From the NCBI GenBank assembly GCA_002269645.1, contig NIVC01001770.1, forward strand, positions 31,277-95,276: DNA of 64,000 bases, in the 5' to 3' direction. A program made the position numbers and the translations under genes. Below the pieces are notes generated by a model. That model saw only the letters and a program-made list of their open reading frames with translations, did not search any database and was not told the origin of the DNA. This stretch comes from Macrostomum lignano. Its lineage: Eukaryota. Below, one piece after another: positions 13,347 through 25,400 of the stretch. Position 1 is the stretch's first letter. Every line of letters starts with the position of its first letter.

Positions 13347-16207
13347 TTAGCGAATAACAAACACTGGAAATTCAACTACGGTGGTGCCGCGAAGCAGATC
13401 GGCGAGGCTCTGGTTGCAGTCTATCGGCACAGCTTGTCGCCCTGGTCAAGCCGGCACAGGCTGCAGTCCGGCTGCTGGCTCGGCCACAGGTGACGCCAGC
13501 GTTGCAAAATCTCGGACAGTCGGCTAGTGTCCGGAGCGGAGGCAAATTTTCGTCCAGTTGGAAATCGAGCCTCAACGGTCCAGTGGACTGCGGGCGCCGA
13601 ACCTGACTGGCTGTTGCGCCTGCCGGCCTGCCTGAGGTGGCTGCGGTTGCACCGCCTGCGAGACATGCCGGCCGGCATGAACACCAGCTCGATGCCGCGG
13701 CTGGCGCGACAGAATGCCTGCGGCGGTTGCGGGGAGCCTAGCATGTTAGTGACAGCCTGCCTGTATGTCTGTGTGACAGTCTGCCTATCTGTGTGACAGT
13801 TGTAGTGTGAGCATCTTTTGCGTATTCTATTAGTTAGGTTTTGCATTATTGTTATTGAATTATTATTTTGCTTTAGTTTAGTCATGCGTTTTTGATGTAC
13901 TGTTCTTGTTAGTTAAAATCTAAAATTATAAACAGGTTAGAAGTTAGACGCCAATTCTCTGACTCAGCGGAGGGTTGAGTTTTCTGCGAACCCCAGCTTT
14001 GCGCGGCCAGCCAATCAGAACCGGCCTGGACCCTGGCACGCGGCAAGTTCCAATTCTACCCGGCGCCGCGGGCACAGTGCAATTCGGCTTAGCGGGCGGC
14101 CGGCCAGACGACCACCACCCGGCTTGAGGGGGGGGTTGTGAGGGTTTGACTCTGACTATATATGAAAGTGTGTTTGGCAATTGGATATCACTTTTTCCCT
14201 TTCTCGCCTTCTTCCCCCGGTTCTTGGTTTTGTCCCGGTTTCCCGGCTGTTCGCCCGATCTTTTTGGTTCGCGCTTTGAGGCGTTTGAGTTCGTCACCCC
14301 CGGTCCATATTTTTGTTCCCCGCCCGACCTCTTCAGTCTTGTAGCGTAACGATTCGGCATCCTTGTCTGACGTCGTCGCTATCAAGCGCGGTTTAGATAG
14401 AGACTGTCGGATCTGATCAAGTACGCGGCCTCGATCCTGAGGGCCTCAGTGTCACACTGAAGGGCAGTGCTGATAGAATTTAGTCAGTGCTCCGTTGAAC
14501 GGTCAATTCGGCAGGGCTCTCGTTGAGTGTAGGTTCTGGTTTAGGCCAGGGGTTAGGAGTCTTCTCCGTGGTCGTGTTCGGTTCTTCTTCCTCTTTCTCA
14601 GCTGAGATCCGCTTGCCAGTTGCGTTATTAATTTATTATCGCTAATCGTTGTATCGTTGTTACTCGTTATCATCAGTGTCAATTTATCTGCGCCGTGAAT
14701 CGTATTGAGAACCTTGTAACTTATCATAGCTTGTCAAATTAAACCGTCGATCAAGTTTAGTTATTCTTGAAATAGGATTATCACTCTCTAAATCTATTCG
14801 GTTCGTGTTCCCTCGTGTTCTTTCTTTTCTTGTACTGTACCTGCGGCTGTTGAAGAAGACTGGTAGGACTCGCCGACCGGCGATAGGCGATTAGGGCCAA
14901 TAGCTTTAAAATCTCCGAACGCTCCAAGTAGGTTTGTCTAGGGCCTAAATAATTGCTTATCGTGCATGCTATATACATTTATTGTATCTATCACACAGTC
15001 TGCCTGTCTGTGTGACAGTCTGCCTGTGTGATAGTCTGCCTGTCTGTGTGACAGTCAGCCTGTCTGTGACAGTCACAGTCAGCCTGTCTGTGTGACAGTC
15101 TGTCTGTCTGTGTGACAGTCGTCTGTGTGACAGTCAGCCTGTGTGATAGTCTGCCTGTGTGATAGTCTGCCTGTCTGTGTGACAGTCTGCCTGTGTGATA
15201 GTCTGCCTGTCTGTGTGACAGTCTGCCTGTCTGTGTGACAGTCTGCCTGTGTGATAGTCTGCCTGTCTGTGTGACAGTCTGCCTGTCTGTCTATGTGATA
15301 GTCTGCCTATCTGTCTGTGATAGTCTGCCTGTCTGTCTGTCTGTATATCTATTATTTCTATCTATCAATCTATCTATTATCTATCTATCTATAGAAGAAT
15401 TTGAGGACCCTTGGATAATTAAAATATCGGAATTAATATCAATATCATTTTTACCTGAAGCTCTCGCTGCTGCTTGCTGGGTCCGCGGGCTCCGCTGCCA
15501 CCGCCGCCAACAGGAGTGCACAGCGACTGCCGCAACCGCATCACTCGGTCTAGGCTGTGATCGACAGACTCCAGGAATCGATAGTCGCTTAATAGATTGG
15601 CATCTGTGAAGCTTTTCAATGGTACAAACTCTGTGGGATCGCGCTTGCCGCTGCACCCGGTGGCAACTTTGTGAGCTGTTGAGCAGGTTAGAGAACAGGT
15701 GTGCTCAAGGCAGCTTGGGCAGGTGTATCGAGCTGCCCAAGTGTTGCAGCGCTGGCACTGGCCTAAGCGATTGCTTGCTTGTTCCATCTGCTGTTGTGGC
15801 AGTTCCATCTGTTGTTGTGGCTGTTCCATCTGTTGTTGTGGCTGTTCCATCTGTTGTTGTGGCTGTTCCATCTGTTGTTGTGGCTGTTTCATCTGTTGTT
15901 GTGGCTGTTCCATCTGTTGTTGTGGCTGTTCCATCTGTTGTTGTGGCTGTTCTATCTGTTGTTGTGGCTGTTTCATCTGTTGTTGTGGCTGTTTCATCTG
16001 TTGTTGTGGCTGTTCCATCTGCTGTTGTGGCTGTTCCATCTGTTGTTGTGGCTGTTCCATCTGCTGTTGTGGCTGTTCCATCTGCTGTTGTGGCTGTTCC
16101 ATCTGTTGTTGTGGCTGTTCCATCTGCTGTTGTGGCTGTTCCATCTGCTGTTGTGGCAGTTCCATCTGTTGTTGTGGCTGTTCCATCTGTTGTTGTGGCT
16201 GTTCCAT
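13347..16207 (-). CDS. ZNHIT6: Box C/D snoRNA protein 1 (zinc finger HIT domain protein 6); apparent frameshift near the C-terminus
   Basis: Exon 16207-15455 carries the HIT finger CQRC..RYTCPSC..TCSLTC..HK...CSGKRD and the motif NLLSDYRFLE; donor CAG|GTAAAA. Exon 2 starts at 13717 (ccgcag|gca, phase 0) with RGIELVFMPAGMSRRRCNRS and VHWTVEARFP. That frame stops at 13421, but the family C-terminal motif SLADLLRGTTVVEFPVFV is in another frame ending at 13347. Confidence 0.88.
13801..14995 (+). mobile_element. Solo LTR (~1.2 kb) inserted into the intronic minisatellite of ZNHIT6
   Basis: Starts TGT and ends TCACA, with CAGT duplicated on both sides (13797-13800, 14996-14999). The same minisatellite continues on both flanks. 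CCAAT, GC-rich and TATATA motifs are followed by a pyrimidine-rich tract. Confidence 0.7.
14996..15390. repeat. Minisatellite gtctgcctgtctgtgtgaca (~20 bp) grading into TCTG/TCTA microsatellite
   Basis: Tandem copies; a short remnant also lies at 13748-13800. Confidence 0.92.
15788..16207 (-). repeat. In-frame 21-bp minisatellite encoding (MEQPQQQ)x20
   Basis: Continuous ORF into the ZNHIT6 HIT finger. Confidence 0.9.
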
Positions 16208-16712
16208 CTGCTGCTATGGCTATGATTAGCTATTTATTATATTGTATAGAAGTTTCATGCAGGTTATAAATTAATTTGTGGATAATTTAAATGCTATAAA
16301 TTCACATCAATTAGACTGCAAGAATCTTAGAAAACTAAGACTTGAATGATCATTTCATTGGATAGTTGGAACTATTGATTTTATATATGAGGGTTAGGGT
16401 TAGGCTAATAAAAATAAATGTTGCCAATTTTAAAACAAAGAGAACTCTTCACTTAAGTTTTAGGGTTAGGGACTTGAGCAAAATATTTTTGATGCTATGT
16501 ACCTGTTTACCTGTTGACATTGTGGGCCAAAGATAGTAGGCCTATGTAGGGCTTTCAATGCAAAGGGAGATTTTTAAGTCTTTGGGGTTATATTATATAG
16601 ATTTTTAGCACATTAAAATAATTATCTGGCACAATTTGACCCTTGGCCAAAACAAAGTATTAATAACATATAAAAAATAAATTCAGTTAAGATAAATAAA
16701 GTTGGCCTAAGC

Positions 16713-17415
16713 CAGGGGTCAGAAACCTCCAGCCTATAGGCCAGATCTAGCCTGCAAAGACTTTCTATGTGGCCCACAAACTTCCTTTATCTTCATTATT
16801 ATAATCTGGCCTACACCTTTATTGTAACTTCATTGTTTCATCCACAAAAGTTTTGTGCACAAAAAATAGAGATTTTCTTTTCTCAATTGCCAACTTTAAT
16901 GACAAATAATAATGAGACACAAACTGAGTATAAGTGGCTGTTTACAAAGTCTAGACTAGGCCTAGACAATATATCAGTTAAAACTAGAATAGAATAGAAA
17001 TAGGGAAACTGGCCACAAAGGAAAGTGAGATGGTGATAGGCTAATAATGAGGGGGTAAATGTAGTAATGTACTAAAGACCCAGAGGGCAGATTCCAGAAG
17101 GTAAAGACCCAGGAGGGCAGATTCTAGAGAAAGACCCAGGGAGCAGATTCTGGAGGGTAAAGACCCTAGAAGGGAGGGTAGATTCTGGAGGATAAAGACC
17201 TAAAGGGTGTACTCTAAAGTAAAGACCCAAGGGGCAGATTCTTGAAAGTAAAGACCCAAGGGGCAGATTCTAGAGGGTAAAGACCTAAGACCTAATGAGG
17301 GGGGCAGAGCAATCAAGAAGGGACAGAATAATTAAGGAGGGGGCAACCTGTGGCTTATGGTCTTGAACTAAAAACCTCATCTGGCCCTCAAGTGGAAAAA
17401 GGTTGCCGACCCCTG
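16713..17415. mobile_element. Non-autonomous hAT (Charlie-like) DNA transposon / MITE, 703 bp
   Basis: TIRs CAGGGGTCAGAAACC ... GGTTGCCGACCCCTG. Perfect 8-bp TSD GCCTAAGC at 16705-16712 and 17416-17423. No transposase ORF. Internal minisatellite at ~17070-17290. Confidence 0.88.
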
Positions 17416-19427
17416 GCCTAAGCCTTTGACTTTGGCCTTATGCCTTTATATTGCTTCAACTCACAATCTAGTCTTAGATAATGTTTATTGTATACTAGAA
17501 TGTCCTTAACTAAATTTACAAATGCATGCCAATGCTAAGCAGATACACTAGGCCTAAATCTTTCAGAATATAGGCTTCAACTACCTATTTAAATCTCTAA
17601 ATTAAGATAGGTAAAATTCTAATATCTAAGATGGCAATTATTTTTTCTAATAGACTTAGGTGGCCCTACCTAAATATTAGGCCTATCATTTAACATCATT
17701 AGGATTAGGCCCTGGGATATAAAATTACTCATTACTCATTACTACATTAATTAAGCCTAGGCCTATCTATATAAGCCCTATAATTTATATACATTTCCAT
17801 TACTGGCATTAGACCTAGCAGCTAATGAAAAATCCAATGATTACTGCTTAGGCCCTAGGTTCTAGGGCCTAAACATTTTTAGGGAGCCTAGCCCTAGGTC
17901 ATATTATTGGAGTATTGATCATATTTAAAAGGTTTTAGGTCTAGTCAAAATTTCGCTTAAAAATTCCATTGTGTGATAGTAGGCCTACGACGCTTGGGCT
18001 AGGTTAGGCCTATATAACCTATAGTATAGCGTATAGGCCTAGCCAGCCAGTATAGGCCTAGGGTTAGGCTTTGCATCAGCATTAGGCCTATTTAGTCAGA
18101 AAGCATAGGCCTAGGCTAAAAAAGGCCTAGGGCTATAAAATTGATATATGATAAATGTTTACTTCGATTTTTCCTAGGGCGATTCCTACTATACAATACA
18201 AGCCACACTGAAAGCAAGCCGCCGTATTGGTATAAGTGCCAAGTACGCAGCATATGATTTGAACTAACTCCAGCTCATGCACGTGCAAGTAGTGTAAGTG
18301 TATAATAATACAACCACCACCACCACCATGTTTGTCGAGGTCACTGCTCTAAACTAATAAACCTAATAAAACCTTTTTATTTTAACTAACTTAACTAACA
18401 TAAATGAACAAATTCTTAATTTCACTTTTGTATTCTGTTCATTCGCTACTTTGTTAAACTAATCAATGAGTCAATGCAGTGTTTTAAATTCAAAGCACCG
18501 AACTAATTTCAAAGCATCTTTTACAATAACTCGGCAAATCGTCGTCAAATCGTCTTTATAAACTTCTATTTCGAAAATTTTTCCAAATACATAGCTCTAT
18601 AATATATTGGCCAAACAGGCTAATTGCCTGAGCCAAATTCTCTCTTAAAAACAAAAAAAAACTTTTTGGCTTGAGTTGAGATGATAGTACCGTTTCTGTC
18701 AAAAATAGTCAACAAAAAGATATAAATGATGCATGCAATGAATACAATAGGACTAATTGTGATGAATTAGACGCTTTAGATACTATCTTTTTGTGAATCA
18801 TGTTTTAGTAGGTCTACATTCATTGTTAAATGTAAAAGTAGTGTTTTTTGCTAGAAAACTAGAAAACTTCATTTCATTATTTAAAAGGGTTACATCGAGA
18901 AGAGGAGAAGCCTTTGTTTATAAAAAGAATTTCAATTGTTAAGCAGTATTTAAAATACTTGTATGACTGGACTGTATTGTTTATTGGTCATGTTTTTTGA
19001 ACAAAAAACAAGCTAAGTTTTAGTTGCTTTTTACTCACTGTTAGGTATCTTTTGTTTGCATAATTTCCTTATAGCTTATTTTAGAGACAAAATACACGAC
19101 TTCTGATACCTCAAGCCTATTTTCAGTGACATACAGGCATAAAATACGACACAGTACTGTTTTGGTCTTTTATATTGCTAATGTTAGTCAACTAATTAAA
19201 TTTTAAAAATTAAAACATTATTTATTGTTTTACTCATACTTAACTCTTTATAATTGTAATGATTTAATCATATAACTTTGGTACTTAGCTACCAATCATT
19301 TATACTAATTTTTAAATAGCTATTATATTAATTCTTATTTTCTCTATAAATTTGATTACTTAATCAAAAAAGTAGTATTTTACTGATTTTTCTTGCACTC
19401 TGATTATTTTTGCTCAAATAATTCTTG

Positions 19428-22400
19428 ATGTCCATGGAGCTTTTGGACATGCAGCTGGGCAGTGTGACCCAGCTAACAAGCAGTTGTCTACCAGCCGATG
19501 CCAGCTTTCAATTGGTTGGTCGAGATTCCAGCACTGAGGTCCTTCTGGCTACCATGGAGCAGACAGACACTTCGTCTATCTACCTGGCTTGCCTAGCAAC
19601 TAATCGGGTGCACCTGTTAGCCAGACTGGACTGCAGCCGTGTACTATCAGCCTCGTGCAGTCGAGACCGCACAAATCTACTTGCCTCTATCCAGCTGCTT
19701 CAGCCAGCCGCCAAGGCCAACTATGCTGTTGTTTTCATTGACTGTACCAGTAGCAGCAGCAGATCGTCAGCGACTGGAACTTTAATAGTGTTGGCGAAGC
19801 ACGAGCATCCTGTCTGCTGCCGGCTGCTGCGACAATCCGCCATCAATGAGCCAGCAGTGGAGTATTTCCTGCAGATCCGCTGCCTCGGGTGGGCCATTTC
19901 AAATATTCTTTTTGACTAACCCTACCTACCTTACCACCTACCTACCTACCTACCTACCTACCTACCTACCTACCTACCTACCTACCTACCTACCTACCTA
20001 CCTACCTACCTACCTACCTAACTGTCCACCTACCTACCTTACTTTCTACCTACCTACCCATCTATTCACCTACCTACCTACCTACCTACCTACCTACCTA
20101 CCTACCTACCTACCTACCTACCTACCTACCTACCTACCTACCTACCTACCTACCTACCTACCTAACTGTCCACCTACCTACCTTACTTTCTACCTACCTA
20201 CCCATCTATTCACCTACCTACCTACCTACCTACCTACCTACCTACCTACCTACCTACCTACCTACCTAACTGTCCACCTACCTACCTTACTTTCTACCTA
20301 CCTACCCATCTATTCACCTACCTACCTACCTACCTACCTACCTACCTACCTACCTACCTACCTACCTACCTACCTACCTACCTTCCTATACTAACAATAA
20401 TATTCAGTTGTAACCACCCTGGCGCTACGCCTTCGGCGACATCGTCTCACAGATAGCGGTGAGATACCCCACATCCCAAGTATGCTATCACTAGTTTAGC
20501 GATTCCCCTGGGTAGTTTAGCGATTCCCCTGAGTAGTTTAGCGAATTCCCGTGAGTAGTTTGGCGATTCCCCGTGAGTAGTTTAGCGATTCCCCTCAGTA
20601 GTTTAGCGATTCCCCTGAGTAGTTTAGCGATTCCCCTGAGTAGTTTAGCGATTCCCCTGAGTAGTTTTGCGATTCCCCGTGAGTAGTTTAGCGATTCCCC
20701 TGAGTAGTTTAGCGATTCCCCTGAGTAGTTTTGCGATTCCCCTGAGTAGTTTAGCGATTCCCCCTGAGTAGTTTTGCGATTCCCCATGAGTAGTTTTGCG
20801 ATTCCCCATGAGTAGTTTAGCGATTCTGAGCGGCCCATTCTCATTTCCCCAACACAAACGCAGCAACGGTCGTGGCACGGTAGAGCTGAAAAAATTCAAC
20901 ACACAATTATCGAGTCAGCATCAGCTGGATGAATCAGCTGGCAATACGGCTATGCAGCAGCTGCATCAGGTAGTCAAGAAGCACGTGATCTGCTGCCAGT
21001 ACTGCCCGGTGAATCGCAGCCTGTTCCTGCTGCACATTGATTCATTTTATGGCGACGTGCACCAGTTCACCTTCACCAGCTTGCACTGCTCAGCTAATCG
21101 GCTAGTTTACTCAATTGTGTGCACTTTCCCCATCCAGTTGAGCATCCGGGCTGGCCATCTTGGCCGGCATTTTTCTCCAACTGTGCCTGGCGCCACCTCC
21201 CAGCAGGTGCTGGCTTACAGCTGGCAGTGCACCGGGCTGGTGGCCGGCTGCGCCATGCCGACGGCCGGCGATCATCTGGTGATGCTGGTCGATGGCTGCG
21301 CCGGCTCCGGCATCGACTGGCTGTTCAAGGCAAGTATAGCTAAAGTGCCTGGCAGTTTTGTGCTGTTGATTGCTGATTTTGGAGCTTGCTTGTGAGGATT
21401 GCTCCAGGTTGCTTGAAGAGGTGTCTTAAGGAGGTGTCTTGGGGTGTCTTAAGGTGTCTTCAGGTATCTTGGGGTGTCTTCAGGTATCTTGGGGTGTCGT
21501 AAGGTGTCTTGGAGTATCTTGGGGTGTCTTGAGGTGTCCTTAGGTGTCTTAATGAGGGTCTTGGGGTTGTCTTGAGGTGTCTTGAGGTATATTGAGGTGT
21601 CTTAAGATATTTTAAGGTGTCGTAAAGAGGGTCTTGGGGTGTCTTGGGGAGGTGTTTTGAGTTTTCTTGAGGTGTCTTAATTTGTCTTAAGGTGGCTCTT
21701 GAGGTGTTTTAAGGAGGGGTCTTGAGGTGTCTTGAGGTTTCTCGAAAATGTGTCCTGAGATGTCTTGAAGTATCTTAAGGAGGAGTCTTGAGGTGTCTTA
21801 AGAAGGGGTCTTAGGTTGTCTTGAGGTGTCTTGAGAAAGAAATTTGTTGAAATCTACCCTAACCCCAAACCTTCATGGCAACAGGTATTTATATTGCCGA
21901 ACCGCTGCGTGTTCTCATGTTTCTGGCCAGCCAAAGAGACGCCGCAAACTCCGCTTGACAGCAACCTCAGCGACGCGGACAACAATCGACATAGCCTTCG
22001 CCTGCGCTGGTTGCTAAGCAACGGTTTCGTATTTGTTTTCATTGGCAACGCGGCTGTGTGCGTTGTGAACGCCAATCCCGGCGCGCTGCCGCTGCCGGTG
22101 ACGCTGCGACTCGACTGGCCGATCTTCGGGCCGGCCGATTTGTTGCTGGACTCGCACTGCCCGGACGTCGTTGGCGGGGCCAGCGGGCTGCAGATTCTGT
22201 CGGCTGGGCGGGGCTGGCGGCCGCCGCTGCTGGTCGGCCGTTTCCCCATCAGCCGGCGGCGGTTGCTGGCCGAGCTGGCCCGGCTGAATGACGGCGGCGG
22301 GTTCGCTGCCAGACTGTTGCACCTGCTGGTGAATTCCCAGATCCTCGGGCTGTGTCAGTGCCGCCCTCCCAGATCCTTAGTTGCTGGGCCAGCCTCCCAG

Positions 22401-25400
22401 ATCCTTAGTTGCTGGGCCAGCCTCCCAGATCCTTAGTTGCTGGGCCAGCCTCCCAGATCCTTAGTTGCTGGGCCAGCCTCCCAGATCCTCAGTTGCTGGG
22501 CCAGCCTCCCAGATCCTCGGTTGCTGGGCCAGCCTCCCATATCCTCAGTTACTGTCCCAGCCTCCCATATCCTCAGTTACTGTCCCAGCCTCCCAGATCC
22601 CAAGTTGCCTCTAGCAGTTTGCACCCTCCATCCGATCCATCCCGCCTCCAGATGAGCCTGAGGCCGGCATCCGCTGTCGCCGGCTTCTCTCCAACCGTTT
22701 CATCCGCCCTGGACTCGAATCAGCCAGCCTGGCTGCTGCTCAGGACTCTGCTGTCTAATCCGGACATCCGGATCGGCCTGGCGCTCCGCCAGCTGCTCGT
22801 GTCGCTGGTGACGCGTCGGTTGCGTCAAGAATTTCCGCAGGTCAGAGTCTGTCGATTCTGGGCTGTGAAATAACTGCAGTTAATCTCGCGGTAGTAGCAA
22901 CTACTAATAGTTATAATTGATTATATCTGCACTGCCCCAATGGGCCAGATGTGCAACCGACAGCTCAGCCGCAGCTATTGCGCGGTGCATCTGAAGGCTG
23001 CGTCCGGCTGTTCAGTCCAAGGACTGGGGATCGCCACACACACCCTCAATTACCCCAGCTAATGCTGGCACCCATTTTACAGCTGGGTGAACTGAAGCAA
23101 TGCAGAGTTAAGTGTCTTGCTCCATAACACAAAATGTTTCGAGTGTGTCGAGAATCGAACCCCCGACCTTCCAGTCATAAGTCCAACGCTCTAACCACTA
23201 GTCTAAAACCCTTATAGGCCGCTCGGCAAACTCGGCAAGCTACTGACTAATGTCTTGAAATAGGCAATAAAAATTTACCAATTTAAATTTTCGGATCCAT
23301 AAATAGTGTTTTTATGTTTAAATCATATCTCTCCCCGTGGCAGGTGCAATACCGTCTGTGCCTCGGCTGCTACGCCTCCGAACTCGCCGACCCATCGCGT
23401 CGAGGTGACCGAAGCGGCCCGGTGTTCATCGGGCCCGACCTGGCCGTTGAGACTAGCTTTGGCGAGCTTTTCGCGGACATCTCGTTTGTCGAGCGGCCTC
23501 AGTCGGAATTGAAGGTGTGCTTTTTTTAGTGGCTACAAAATTGAGCTTAAATGCTTGTAGTGATTTGCGAGCTGTGGATTACATACCTATACCTACCGAC
23601 AAACCGTTTTTAGTATATGGACTAGCCATCAACGCCCCCCGTTGGGGATGCAAAAGAGAAATAAATAAATTTCTTTGAATGAACTATATGATGTTTAAAG
23701 AAAAAACAGCATCAGCCCTCAAAGCCAGTTATCTAGCCTAAGATATCAGCGTCCCCCGTGAGCTTTTTCTCCAATTGCCCCTTCTACATAGACATAATGT
23801 GCCAAAACTAGATGTAGCTTTTGACCTTGTGCACTCATTATTGTTAGTTTAATAATAAAATTTCATCTGATAAGGAGATAAAGTAGATAAAGTAGATAAA
23901 GTAGATAAGGTATATAAGTTAGATAGAGTAGATAAGATAAATACCGGTAGAGTAGACAAAGTAGAAAAGGTAGATAAGGCAGATAAGGTAGATAAAGTAG
24001 ATAAGGTAGATTGCCTCTTATCTACTCCGCAGGACAGCTGCTGGCGCCGGCTGCTGGAAGGCCTCTCGGCCAGCCGCGGCGGCACGGGCGCCGGGCCTCT
24101 CGGTCGGCAGGTGCTGCTCGACGCGCTGTGGCGCCGCGGCGCCGACGACGCCGGCCTGCTCTCGCCAGACGACGAAGACAACGACGACTGCATCGACGAC
24201 GGCGAGGCGCTGGCAGGCGAAGCCTCCGGCTTCGAGGTCATCGAGGGGCCGGACGAAGCCGACGATTTCGGGTCGTCGATTTTGACGGCTGACCCGCTGG
24301 CCGAGTGCGCCGATTCGCGGGCCTTTCTGTCGGCCGCGCTCGATGAATCGAAGCTGCGCTTGGCGCCGAGTTTCAAATACCGGCTGTGCAGAGAGAGCCT
24401 GCCGCTGCTGCAGCCGCATCTGCCTGATCAGGCTGAGCTGGTCACCTTTCAGGTGGGTTAAGTGCGTCTGACTCAGGGGGTAGGTAGATGTGTAGGTAGG
24501 TAGAGATGTGTATGTAAAGAGGTGTAGGTAGATAGGTTTAGGTAGAGAGGTGTAGGTCCAGAGGTGTAGGTAGGTAGAGGTGTAGGTAGATAGGTTTAGG
24601 TAGAGAGGTGTAGGTAGAGAGGCGTAGGTAGGTAGAGGTGTAGGTAGAGAGGTGTTGGTAGAGAGGTGTAGGTAGGTAGAGAGGTGTAGGTAGGTAGAGA
24701 GGTGTAGGTAGGTAGAGAGGTGTAGGTAGGTAGAGGTGTAGGTAGAGAGGTGTTGGTAGGTAGAGAGGTGTAGGTAGGTAGAGAGGTGTAGGTAGGTAGA
24801 GGTGTAGGTAGATAGGTTTAGGTAGAGAGGTGTAGGTAGGTAGAGGTGTAGGTAGATAGGTTTAGGTAGAGAGGTGTAGGTAGGTAGAGGTGTAGGTAGA
24901 GAGGTGTAGGTAGGTAGAGGTGTAGGTAGAGAGGTGTAGGTGGAACCTTTTCTATCTAGGTAAAAAACGTTGTTGGTAGAGTCGAACCGCAGCCATCGAG
25001 GAGGCAAGCAGTCATGCCCATTCCACTGACCTCTGACCTTACACACATACACACACAAAACGTACGCAAACGCACGCTCACACACGGTGTACAACGGCTA
25101 CCCTGACTTTCTCATCGTCAGAAATGGGCCCACTCTGCAGTATTTGGATAAGTGAGATACGCGACCCTCCCGCCCCGCTGCAGAACGCACTGGAACGAAC
25201 TCTCACAGCTGAGATCGGCTTCCTGTGCCGCCTGTCGCACTGGCACGCCAGAGATCCGGGCGAGTCGCTCGCCTGCCTGCAGCAGCTGGCGCTCTGTCTG
25301 TCCGAGTTCATGCCCGTGCCGGCCGGCCTGCAGCTGGCCCTCACCTGCTTGTCCATACTGGCCAGGGGTCCGGACCAGGTGAGCGACTGATTGTGGGTGA

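Noticed and set aside
16391-16470. Telomeric TTAGGG repeats
   Set aside because: Only two runs of about two units each; too short to call interstitial telomere.
20410-20480. Two small hairpins (cgcc-ttc-ggcg; tctcac..gtgaga) resembling a Helitron end
   Set aside because: Single occurrence, with no CTRR terminus at the expected spacing and no matching 5' end.
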